From: Candidatus Heimdallarchaeota archaeon
GTDB lineage: Archaea; Asgardarchaeota; Heimdallarchaeia; Hodarchaeales; Hodarchaeaceae
Direction of reading: 5' to 3'
Assembly (NCBI GenBank): GCA_011364965.1
Contig: RDOB01000002.1
Span: forward strand, 64,001-128,000
Length of the DNA stretch: 64,000 bases
Shown here: positions 46,427 through 55,881 of the stretch, one piece after another
Numbering within the stretch: the first letter of the stretch is position 1
How the letters are laid out: the number at the start of each line of letters is the position of its first letter
The notes under the pieces: model-generated
Database searches by the model: none
What the model saw: the letters and a program-made list of their open reading frames with translations, nothing else
What the model was told of the DNA's origin: nothing
Program-made: the position numbers and the translations under genes

Positions 46427-48940
46427 TTGGTTGAGAATAACATGAGTAGCAATATTAAAATTACTCCTATTGAAAAAACAATGTCAAAAAGCTATTTAGA
46501 GTATTCGATGTCAGTTATAACTAGTAGAGCCTTGCCCCACGTTCGAGATGGACTAAAACCAGTTCATCGACGAATTTTCTGGGCTATGCATAATTTGGGT
46601 TTGGTTCATTCGAAACCACCAAGAAAGTGCGCTCGTACAATAGGAGAGACACATGCTAAATATCACCCACATGGAGAAACAGCAGTTTATGATGCATTAG
46701 TGCGAATGGCCCAACCTTTTTCATTAAGATATCCATTAATCGAGGGTCAGGGAAATTTTGGAAGCATGGATGGACAACCTCCTGCTGCCCAACGGTATAC
46801 TGAAGCAAGAATGCAGGAAATTGCTGGTGAATTGTTAAAAGATATCGAAAAAGAAACTGTTGACTTTGTTGATAATTTTGACGGTTTAGATAAAGAACCA
46901 GTGGTCTTACCTGCTAGAATTCCAAATCTATTAATTAATGGAGTGATGGGGATTGCAGTAGGTATGGCAACATCAATGCCTCCCCATAATCTGAGTGAGA
47001 TCTTAAATGGTGTAATTGCAACAATTAAAAATCCTGATATCACGATTAAAGAGTTGATGAATCACATACCTGGTCCAGACTTTCCTACTGGAGGGGTTAT
47101 TTATGGTACAGCTGGGATAAAAGAGGCCTATCATACAGGCACTGGAAGTGTAATTCTCCGAGCTAAGTATGAAATTGTCGAGACCAAATCAAAAACCCAA
47201 ATTATAGTAACTGAAGTTCCTTATCTTGTTAAACGTCAAGATACGATTGAACAGAGAGGATTGGTCGATGTAGTACAAAAATTAAAGGATGATGGAAAAT
47301 TTCCTGAACTTGGGAAGATTAAAAATGAATCGAATATCATTCATGGTACTAGAATAGTAATCAACGTAAAACAAACTGCTAATTTAGATATTGTCCTCAA
47401 TCAATTATTTAAATATACGCCAATGCAGACATCCTATTCTATCAGAAATATGGTTCTTGTTGATGAGCGTGTAGGGGATGAGATAAAGTTTAGGCCAAAA
47501 AATCTGAATATAAAGGAATTAATAACTCAATTTATTGATCATAGGAAGGAAGTTGTATATCGAAGAACTCAATTTGATTTAAGAAAGGCGCGCGAGAGAG
47601 CTCATATATTAGAAGGGAGAAAAGTAGTTGTGGAAAACATTGATGAGGTAATTCGAATTATACGTGGTTCTGCTACTGGTTCCGATGCTCAAGAAGCATT
47701 AATTGAAAAATATTCATTCACCGAAATACAAGCCAGAGACATTCTTTCTTTACCTCTACGTAGTTTGACACGATTTGATAGAGAAAAGATTATTCAGGAA
47801 TACGAGGAAGTACTTAAGGCGATTCAAGAATACGAGGAAATTTTAGCTAGTGAACAGCGCGTGTTAGATATAATAATCACAGAAACAGAGGAAATAATAA
47901 AGAGATATGGGGATGCTCGTAAAACTGAAATTCTCCGAGATGATTCTGAAGATTTTCAGGATTGGACTGGGAAAACAGAGGAAGATTTTATTACCAAAGA
48001 GGATATTGTAGTTACGTTAACTCAAAATGGTTATATTAAAGCAATCTCTGCTGAAGTATATAACAGCCAAAGAAGAGGAGGGAAGGGGATAAAATCTATG
48101 GAGCTAGGGAAGGATGATTTTTTGCTAGAGATGATAGTTGCTTCAACTCATGATACAATTCTATTCTTTACAACAAGCGGAAAAGTCTACCGAGCTAGAG
48201 GATTTGAAATTCCTCGGTCAAAACAAAGAGTAACCAAGGGTACAAATATTGTAAATCTTTTAAAGATGGAACCAGACGAGGAAATTGAAACATTAATTCC
48301 TATTTCGGATTTTGATGAAACAAAATATTTGATATTAGCAACGAAAAATGGATTGATTAAAAAAACATCATTAACTGATTATTCTAACATTCGAACCACA
48401 GGTATTATTGCAATTCAGCTTCGGGAGGATGATCAAATCGTTGGGGTAAAAATAACAAACGGAAATGATGCAATTATACTAGCAACCGCTGATGGAAAAG
48501 CAATACGATTCCCGGAGAAGGATGTTCGTCCTGTTGGCCGAGGAAGTATTGGAGTTCTTGGCATACGTCTAAATGAAGGAGATTCGGTAGTAGATATAGC
48601 AATTGTTGATGAAACAAAAACTTTACTTACTGTGTGTCAAAACGGATATGGAAAAAGATCTAAATATGACCAATACAGAACAACTCGTCGTAATGGAAAA
48701 GGAATCATTAATATCAAGACTACTGAAAGGAACGGACCTGTTATTGCAGTGAAAAGTGTATCAAATAAAGATCAGCTTCTTATGGTAGCAACTGATGGCA
48801 AATTAATCCAGATTCCAATCAAAGGAATACGAACTATCGGAAGAGCTACTTCTGGAGTTACTCTGATGAAATTAGATTACGAAGAAGGTGTTAGTATTTC
48901 CTCGATTGCTATACTCTCTGATGAGGAAGGTGCTGAATGA
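46427..48940 (+). CDS. gyrA: DNA gyrase subunit A
   Basis: RALPHVRDGLKPVHRR, YHPHG, catalytic AAQRYTE, GPDFPTGG, intact GyrA-box QRRGGKG, beta-pinwheel repeats. Confidence 0.97.
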   Translation: MVENNMSSNIKITPIEKTMSKSYLEYSMSVITSRALPHVRDGLKPVHRRIFWAMHNLGLVHSKPPRKCARTIGETHAKYHPHGETAVYDALVRMAQPFSLRYPLIEGQGNFGSMDGQPPAAQRYTEARMQEIAGELLKDIEKETVDFVDNFDGLDKEPVVLPARIPNLLINGVMGIAVGMATSMPPHNLSEILNGVIATIKNPDITIKELMNHIPGPDFPTGGVIYGTAGIKEAYHTGTGSVILRAKYEIVETKSKTQIIVTEVPYLVKRQDTIEQRGLVDVVQKLKDDGKFPELGKIKNESNIIHGTRIVINVKQTANLDIVLNQLFKYTPMQTSYSIRNMVLVDERVGDEIKFRPKNLNIKELITQFIDHRKEVVYRRTQFDLRKARERAHILEGRKVVVENIDEVIRIIRGSATGSDAQEALIEKYSFTEIQARDILSLPLRSLTRFDREKIIQEYEEVLKAIQEYEEILASEQRVLDIIITETEEIIKRYGDARKTEILRDDSEDFQDWTGKTEEDFITKEDIVVTLTQNGYIKAISAEVYNSQRRGGKGIKSMELGKDDFLLEMIVASTHDTILFFTTSGKVYRARGFEIPRSKQRVTKGTNIVNLLKMEPDEEIETLIPISDFDETKYLILATKNGLIKKTSLTDYSNIRTTGIIAIQLREDDQIVGVKITNGNDAIILATADGKAIRFPEKDVRPVGRGSIGVLGIRLNEGDSVVDIAIVDETKTLLTVCQNGYGKRSKYDQYRTTRRNGKGIINIKTTERNGPVIAVKSVSNKDQLLMVATDGKLIQIPIKGIRTIGRATSGVTLMKLDYEEGVSISSIAILSDEEGAE

Positions 48941-51900
48941 TGACTGACGCTGTTAAATCATCAAAAAAAGGGAAAATAACAAAGGAAAAGGTTGTAAAAA
49001 GATCTGCAGCTGATTTCTTTCAAGATAATAAAGCAATTGCGGGTTTCGACAACACCATGCGTGTAGTTTTCACCAGCGTTAGAGAACTTGTTGAAAATGG
49101 GTTGGATGCTGCAGAAAGAATAGGGAAACTTCCAGAACTTATTATTACAATCTCAAGACTCAAAAAGGAGGAAATTGCAAAGCTATTAAATGTTAGTTCT
49201 TTTGATTCATCAGAGAAACTTGATTTCATTCGACTTACTGTGCGAGATAATGGAAGTGGAGTTCAATCTGAATTTGTGCCTCCTTTATTTGGAAGAGTGT
49301 TGACAGGGAGCAATTATGGCGCTAGACAGTCACGCGGTCGATTTGGTTTAGGTGCCAAAATGGTGTTGCTTAATGCCATGTCCTCCGTTGATTTACCTCT
49401 TATCGTCAAATCGAAACATATGAACGAAGATTTTACTAGTTATCATGAAATTATGATAAATTTAGCCGAAAATGAGCCAATTATTCTCTTGAAACGAGAG
49501 ATCCCTCAAGAAACTCCTGAAGCAATCCCTGAATCAGGGACGGAAGTGAGTGTTACTTTCACTGGTTCTTGGAATTTAGCCTCCCGTTGGATAAGGGAAT
49601 ACTTCTCTCAACTTAGTTTAATAACACCTTACGCAAGGATTCTTGTTACTTATCCTGATAGTGAATCTCCTGAAGAAATGCCCCGAGTAGTTGAGGATAT
49701 GCCTGGTTATCCCCAAATTGCCAAAGTTCATCCTTGGGGAACAGATATAACACAATTTAAACGGGAAATTGCTGTTACTAAAAGTCCAACCGTGGAAGAG
49801 TTTTTACAAGATCATTTTCAAGGGATTGGGAAAAAAACAGCCCAAGAATTTCTTGAGTACGTTAAAATTGATAACACTAAATCGCCACATGACCTTAGTG
49901 CTAGTGATATTCGCCGAATTGTGCATGAAGGTTTTGTTATGCCAGATTCTGACCCTAAAAAGCGCCGAGATCAGAAATATTTCCCTTTCAAAAGGCCATC
50001 TGGGGATTCATTGAGTCCTCTAAGCGCAGAATTACTTGCGAAAGGGATTCAAAAAGAATTGGATCCTCAATTTGTAAGATCAGCAACTGGTGATATTTCT
50101 GCATATTCTGGTCATCCATTTATTGTTGAAGCAGCTTTAGCTTATGGGGGTCCTATACTTTCTAAGGAAGAGGGGAGCAAATCAGGAACACCAAGAATTT
50201 ATAGATATGCAAACCGTATACCATTATTATTCGGAGCAGGTAATGATATTATCACAAAATGCGTTCAAAAAATGAACTGGAGAAACTACAAGATTAACAT
50301 CAATAAAGCTCCAATAGCAATCGTAGTATCTGTTGTTTCATCCAAAATTCCTTTTCCCGAGACAAGTAAAGAATATATCGCTGATGTTGATGAGTTAAGA
50401 AAAGAAATTTACAAAGTGCTGAAGAAACTAGCCCGTGGGCTTGGAACGCACTTAGGAAAAGCTGAGAGGGAACGAAGGGAGAAACAAAGGCAATCTAGAT
50501 TCGAGAGTGCAGCGCCTAAGGTTATAGACAATCTTAGTAAAATTCTTGAGACAACGGATACCCCTTTTCTTCTCAAATCTCCAGAAGAAATAGCTAAATT
50601 AGAAAAAGCTCTTGCTTCTGCAGAAACCAAGCTTATACGTCGAAAATATCCCCCTAGCCCTGCGATTTCCAGTATTGGTGAGTGGTTACCGATGACCACA
50701 TACGCCACATTAGTGGAAAATGGTATACAAACTATTTACCAGTTTTTAAGGGCACCAAACGTTGAATTAATGTCTATTACTGGTTTATCAGAAAAAAGAG
50801 TAGCAGAAATAAAACGTTTAACTGTTACTAGCCAAAATCGTGCTACTCAGTCCCCTTCTCTCCGTGAGTTTGAGATATTTGATAAACGACTAGAAAACGA
50901 CTTTAATAAATATCTCGAGGCACCTAGGATCCATAGAGCTTTAACTAAGCGCTGGTTGGTGTCAGCGCTTGATTTATTTGCTACACCTATTACGCAACTC
51001 CGAATGGTGGAATCATTAGCTGAAAAGTTAATCTACGAATCCAAGATTCAAATGATTAACACTTTAATCGCTGAGAGTACAATACCAGAGATCGAATTCG
51101 ATACACTTCCTTGGATGACAAACGATCTCCAAAAATCTTTAAAATCTGCAAAAATTCACACATTATTTGAATATTTAGCTAGTTTCCCTGAGAAATTGGC
51201 CGATTTACCTTACCTAAATGAAATATTGATTGAAAAAATAAAACAAGAGATACGGGAAGGAATTAAACAAGGATATATTGATGGAGAAAAGGTAATTGGT
51301 GCAGCTACTTTTGAGTGGATGGACTACCGTGTCACACCTAGATTGAGAGGGAGGAAGGTTTCTAAAATTATAGAATTCCTTGAAACATCTAATGAAAAAC
51401 TATCAGAGCTTTCAGAACTGACTGAAAATTTAATTAATAAGTCAAAAGATGAAATCAAACCTCATCTAGCTCGATTCAATGATGAGAATTCATTGAACAC
51501 TCTTCCAGGTATTAATGAAACCATGAAAGCTGATTTTATGCGAGTAGAGGTAATCGGATTCATTGATTACTTATCTAAACCTAATTCGGAACTGGTATTT
51601 GTACGGGGGCTAGTTGATAATCTTATTATTCAGAAACAAGATGAAATTATGGATCAGGTAAGTCAGCAACATGAATTATTCCCAATAAAACACGCTTGGT
51701 GGCTGGATAGAGAGTTAGAGAATAAATTAAAATCAATAGGAATTAATTCAGTTTTTGATTTCGTTCGGTATCCCACCCAACAACTAGCAGAAATAAAAAA
51801 TTTGGATTACCAAACCCTTGAGACCATAAAAAATACTTATGGGACTCCTATACCTTTGATAAACGATCAAGATAAGGTAAAACTAGACAATCAGCAGATA

Positions 51901-54900
51901 ATCTGCCTAGAAGAATTAGAATTTATAGATGATTTCTCAAAAATCAAACCTGAAGAACTCTCGAAGAAATTAAAAGATTTGATGATATATATTCAAGCTC
52001 CAATTTGTTACTTGCCTATTCCAAGTAAATTTTATCAAATTCTTCATCATTTAGGTGTATCTCAAATTTTTGATTTCTTAATCTGGCCTGACCATGATTT
52101 ACACCATAAAGGAGGACTTCCTTACAAATTAATAGAGGAAATCAAAAGTGAAATATCTTTGGACATGATTCAAGACTTAATTAAATCAAAAAGTGTTTTA
52201 GTATCTGCTATTTCAAATAATCTTGACTCAAAATTACTAGATAAAATACCAGCTGATTTTACTTTACAGGAGTTGTATTATAGATTACCATACGCAGATG
52301 ATCGTCTAGCAAACCTTCAGTTAAGTAAGACAGAGATTGAAACTCTTATTGATATTTTTCTTACTCCTATATCAAGGATTCCTTCCATAAAACCCAAATT
52401 TATTAACAAATTAAGAAATATCAGTATAAATACATTTATTGATCTAATAACATGGGAAAGAGAAGTAATTGCTAAAATTATTGGAAGAGATGAGAAATAT
52501 ATTCAATCAATTTTTGAGAATTTTGAACAATTTACTTCTGGAAAACCTCTATTCAATTTAGGAGTTTTTAATCAAACTGAAATCAAAGCGTTAATCTCTC
52601 AAGGATTCAAAACAGTTGAGGATCTTTATTTTCGTGCAAATCATGAAACATTTGGTACTATGGGCGTAAAATGGAAGAAAATTGAAAGATACCAGAGAAT
52701 TCTAGAAACTCCAGTAGCAATGCTTCAAACAAGATCAGAACAAGGTAAAATTTCTCACGATGCGTTGGAAAGATTAGCAGATAATGGTATAGACCAAATA
52801 ATCAAGCTTGTTTATTGGCCAGAGAATGAATTACAATCTATCCTAAAAATACCCGAAAAACGAATTATTGAATTGAAAGATTCTATTGCTATTAAAGAAC
52901 ATGGCATGCCTTTGACCAAGGTGTGTGGGTATAATAAAAAAACTCTGAATACCCTTCTAAGTTACGGTATCGAGACAATTGAGGATCTCTATTTTAGCGC
53001 GTCCGAAGATATGGTTGACGAGGATGATGATATCGAGTGGGATTACGTTAAACAGGCAATTGAAGCACTTGACATACCTATTTCATTTTTAGATGGCATT
53101 ATTGCTACAAAATATATTGAAAAATTACAGGGTAAAAAAATCGACACGATAATACGCTTTTTGATAACATCAGAAGAGGAGCTAAGTGAGATCTTGGGTA
53201 CTCCTATAGACAATGTGGAGAATTTAAGACAGAAAATCAACCTTATTCGTTTTAGGGAATCAACTGAAACTTCTATTTCAATTTTGGAGGGATTAACAAG
53301 AAAACAACTCAGAGTTCTTTCTGAAGAGAATATATCCTCAATTTACGATTTTATAATTGCAAATGACGAATCCTTGGCAAGTATATTAGAGATGGATTTA
53401 GAACAAGTGAGTTCAATGAAAAATAATTTGAATTATGATAGTATTCGCATTATTAAAGAGGAAAAAATGGTTCCTCTAGTCAAGATATCGCTTTTTGATA
53501 AAAGAATCGTAAAGCAGCTAGCACGTATGGGGATTGAAAGTTTAGCTGATCTTTATTATGTAGCTACTCCTAAAACGTTTGAAGAAAGCTCAATAAGTTG
53601 GCAAATGATCCAAGATGCAAGAGCAATACTCGATTTGCCAATAGAAATCATTCCTGAAATCACAAAAAAGGAAATAAATACCTTAAAAAAGGCGAAAATT
53701 AAAATAATATTTGATTTACTCATGGAAAGTCCTGAAGAATTATTTAAAAGAACCAATATAGATGCAGAAACAATTGAATCATTACAGAATTCAATAATTA
53801 TTGATGAACTAATAACAATTCTAAAACGTTTATCAGTAGATAAATTCAATTTTCCTAAAGAGTATTTTGCTGAAATAAAGAAAAATAAGCTTGATTCAGC
53901 TTATGATTTAATTTCTTATGAGAATGAAGATCTTTTTCTCAGTCAAGAAGGAAAGAAAAAAGTAAGAATCGATAAAAATAGTTGGGTGGATGTTTCCTCA
54001 ATCCTATCTATACCTCTTCGTCTTTTTATGAATTTTGAAAATGAAATTATGAAGGGTTTAAAGCGAAAGCGTATTATAAACTTAAGAGATGCATATGCAG
54101 CTTCTGAAGAAAAGTTTGATGGTTTATTTGAGGATGGAGGATTGGATTTCCTGGAAACATTGCGTGTTTTAGATTTTAAAGAAATTAGAGATTTTCTGAG
54201 AATATCAATATGTTTCACACCTCATATCTCTCCTGAATGGCTTTTTTCCTTAATAAACAATTCAATTTATACCATAGAAGACATTTTATCTTGTGAACTA
54301 AGAGATCTTACTAAAATTCTGAATTCTTCTTTACCAAGAACTAGAAACTTCATAAAAGAAATATCTATGAATAGTACATTAAAATGCCTTGAGGAAGAGC
54401 TTATTCCTCTAGATAAACTCTCTTCAATCTTCTCATCAGAAATAATAACCAAATTAGAGAGTATAGGGTATAATTCGTTACAAGACTTTATCATTCGGAT
54501 AACAGATGCTACTGATATCGATGGAGTTTCAGATGTTCTAAAAATCCTTAATTCACCCGTTAATAGATTATCCGATGATATACCCCTTAGCGAAATAAGG
54601 AAACTATCTCAACAAGGAATTTCCACAATTAGAGATTGGTTAATTGTACAAAATTCAGTTATATCAGACATAATTGATATTGAAAAAGACATTATTTACG
54701 AATTAAAGCGTTCATTTGATTTTAAGAGCATAAGTGAAGTTTCAGATGTAGAAACCTCCTTAAATGATTACATTGAGAAAGGGTACATCGATTTTGACGA
54801 ATTAAATAAATTAGGGATTCGTACTATCGAAGATTTGCAATTTATTGAAATAGATACACTCTCTGCTTCAGAAGAATTTTTATCTCGTATAAGATCATTA

Positions 54901-55881
54901 AAAGATGCATTGACCTCCTCACTAGCCTATTATACGCGTCTTCCTCCTGAATATGTTATCCCTTTGGCGTTAAATGGAGTCACATCTGTAGCTCGTCTGA
55001 TTAGAACAGAATACTCTCAAATTGAGAATCCTATAAATATCACAAATGAAAAATATAGTGCAGCAAGAGAAACAGTCAATCTAATTGATATAATTACCCA
55101 TAAGAAAAGTGATTCTGAATTTAGAGTTCGGTTATCATCTCTTAAAGCCTTTACTTCAAAACAGCTTGAACAGATTCAGAAACTTGGCTATGATAATGTG
55201 ATAGACCTTTATTTCATGCTTGATACCGAACAGGTACCTAAGTCTTTAGTAGGGTCAATCGAATCAACAAAAACAGTTTTAGAAAAACCCCTAGCTCTAC
55301 TTCCCTCGGTTCAAGAGGCATTTCCTCAAAAGATACCTCTTCTTCACAATGCTGGAATAACCTCGATAATTGAATTCTTATTCTGGCCAAAAGACGAATT
55401 GGCTGAGCTTCTTGAAATAAAACGATATGAATTGTCGCGCTATAGAAAAATCGACATTGGAGCTCTTAGGAGAAAGAGAAACTTGGGAACACCAATAGAA
55501 AACTTCCCAAGAATTCCAGAAGAGCTTATTGAGACTTTTAAACAGATAGGAGTAGATAATATAGAAGATTTATATTTTCTTTTTACAAAATATCCTAATT
55601 TAATACCAGATGATGTTATCCCAAGAAAAATCATAACTACATGTATCAATGACCTCGAGAGCCCCGTTGTTAAATTACATGGACTACCCATACCAGTGGC
55701 ACAAGAATTAGTAAAAAAAGGGATCACTAGAATCATTGATTTCTTATATTGGCCTATGGACGACCTAAAACCTGTTTATGGTTTATCAGAGGCGAAAATT
55801 AAAAAAATAAAGGACTCAATTAGATTGAGGGAGAAATCTGACGTTGTTGGTAGACTAGACTCTTACATGAGGCAGGATTGA
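48937..55881 (+). CDS. top6B: DNA topoisomerase VI subunit B with ~1750-aa C-terminal HhH-repeat extension
   Basis: FFQDN..IAGF, RELVENGLDA, DNGSG, FGRVLTGS, QSRGRFGLG, H2TH FQGIGKKTA, transducer RYANRIPLLF and KIPFPETSKEYIA; repeats follow from about residue 570. Confidence 0.93.
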   Translation: MMTDAVKSSKKGKITKEKVVKRSAADFFQDNKAIAGFDNTMRVVFTSVRELVENGLDAAERIGKLPELIITISRLKKEEIAKLLNVSSFDSSEKLDFIRLTVRDNGSGVQSEFVPPLFGRVLTGSNYGARQSRGRFGLGAKMVLLNAMSSVDLPLIVKSKHMNEDFTSYHEIMINLAENEPIILLKREIPQETPEAIPESGTEVSVTFTGSWNLASRWIREYFSQLSLITPYARILVTYPDSESPEEMPRVVEDMPGYPQIAKVHPWGTDITQFKREIAVTKSPTVEEFLQDHFQGIGKKTAQEFLEYVKIDNTKSPHDLSASDIRRIVHEGFVMPDSDPKKRRDQKYFPFKRPSGDSLSPLSAELLAKGIQKELDPQFVRSATGDISAYSGHPFIVEAALAYGGPILSKEEGSKSGTPRIYRYANRIPLLFGAGNDIITKCVQKMNWRNYKININKAPIAIVVSVVSSKIPFPETSKEYIADVDELRKEIYKVLKKLARGLGTHLGKAERERREKQRQSRFESAAPKVIDNLSKILETTDTPFLLKSPEEIAKLEKALASAETKLIRRKYPPSPAISSIGEWLPMTTYATLVENGIQTIYQFLRAPNVELMSITGLSEKRVAEIKRLTVTSQNRATQSPSLREFEIFDKRLENDFNKYLEAPRIHRALTKRWLVSALDLFATPITQLRMVESLAEKLIYESKIQMINTLIAESTIPEIEFDTLPWMTNDLQKSLKSAKIHTLFEYLASFPEKLADLPYLNEILIEKIKQEIREGIKQGYIDGEKVIGAATFEWMDYRVTPRLRGRKVSKIIEFLETSNEKLSELSELTENLINKSKDEIKPHLARFNDENSLNTLPGINETMKADFMRVEVIGFIDYLSKPNSELVFVRGLVDNLIIQKQDEIMDQVSQQHELFPIKHAWWLDRELENKLKSIGINSVFDFVRYPTQQLAEIKNLDYQTLETIKNTYGTPIPLINDQDKVKLDNQQIICLEELEFIDDFSKIKPEELSKKLKDLMIYIQAPICYLPIPSKFYQILHHLGVSQIFDFLIWPDHDLHHKGGLPYKLIEEIKSEISLDMIQDLIKSKSVLVSAISNNLDSKLLDKIPADFTLQELYYRLPYADDRLANLQLSKTEIETLIDIFLTPISRIPSIKPKFINKLRNISINTFIDLITWEREVIAKIIGRDEKYIQSIFENFEQFTSGKPLFNLGVFNQTEIKALISQGFKTVEDLYFRANHETFGTMGVKWKKIERYQRILETPVAMLQTRSEQGKISHDALERLADNGIDQIIKLVYWPENELQSILKIPEKRIIELKDSIAIKEHGMPLTKVCGYNKKTLNTLLSYGIETIEDLYFSASEDMVDEDDDIEWDYVKQAIEALDIPISFLDGIIATKYIEKLQGKKIDTIIRFLITSEEELSEILGTPIDNVENLRQKINLIRFRESTETSISILEGLTRKQLRVLSEENISSIYDFIIANDESLASILEMDLEQVSSMKNNLNYDSIRIIKEEKMVPLVKISLFDKRIVKQLARMGIESLADLYYVATPKTFEESSISWQMIQDARAILDLPIEIIPEITKKEINTLKKAKIKIIFDLLMESPEELFKRTNIDAETIESLQNSIIIDELITILKRLSVDKFNFPKEYFAEIKKNKLDSAYDLISYENEDLFLSQEGKKKVRIDKNSWVDVSSILSIPLRLFMNFENEIMKGLKRKRIINLRDAYAASEEKFDGLFEDGGLDFLETLRVLDFKEIRDFLRISICFTPHISPEWLFSLINNSIYTIEDILSCELRDLTKILNSSLPRTRNFIKEISMNSTLKCLEEELIPLDKLSSIFSSEIITKLESIGYNSLQDFIIRITDATDIDGVSDVLKILNSPVNRLSDDIPLSEIRKLSQQGISTIRDWLIVQNSVISDIIDIEKDIIYELKRSFDFKSISEVSDVETSLNDYIEKGYIDFDELNKLGIRTIEDLQFIEIDTLSASEEFLSRIRSLKDALTSSLAYYTRLPPEYVIPLALNGVTSVARLIRTEYSQIENPINITNEKYSAARETVNLIDIITHKKSDSEFRVRLSSLKAFTSKQLEQIQKLGYDNVIDLYFMLDTEQVPKSLVGSIESTKTVLEKPLALLPSVQEAFPQKIPLLHNAGITSIIEFLFWPKDELAELLEIKRYELSRYRKIDIGALRRKRNLGTPIENFPRIPEELIETFKQIGVDNIEDLYFLFTKYPNLIPDDVIPRKIITTCINDLESPVVKLHGLPIPVAQELVKKGITRIIDFLYWPMDDLKPVYGLSEAKIKKIKDSIRLREKSDVVGRLDSYMRQD
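50650..55850 (+). repeat. About 28 degenerate tandem HhH/RadA-N-like protein modules in Top6B
   Basis: Recurring 'P[IL]..[LI].......L...GI.[TS][IV].[DE][FL]L' units, e.g. LVENGIQTIYQFL, LKSIGINSVFDFV, LLSYGIETIEDLYF, LHNAGITSIIEFL, LVKKGITRIIDFL; counted by eye. Confidence 0.8.

Noticed and set aside
50650-55850. Top6B extension as an intein or inserted mobile element
   Set aside because: It is C-terminal, has no Hint/LAGLIDADG motifs or terminal His-Asn, and is made of helical repeats
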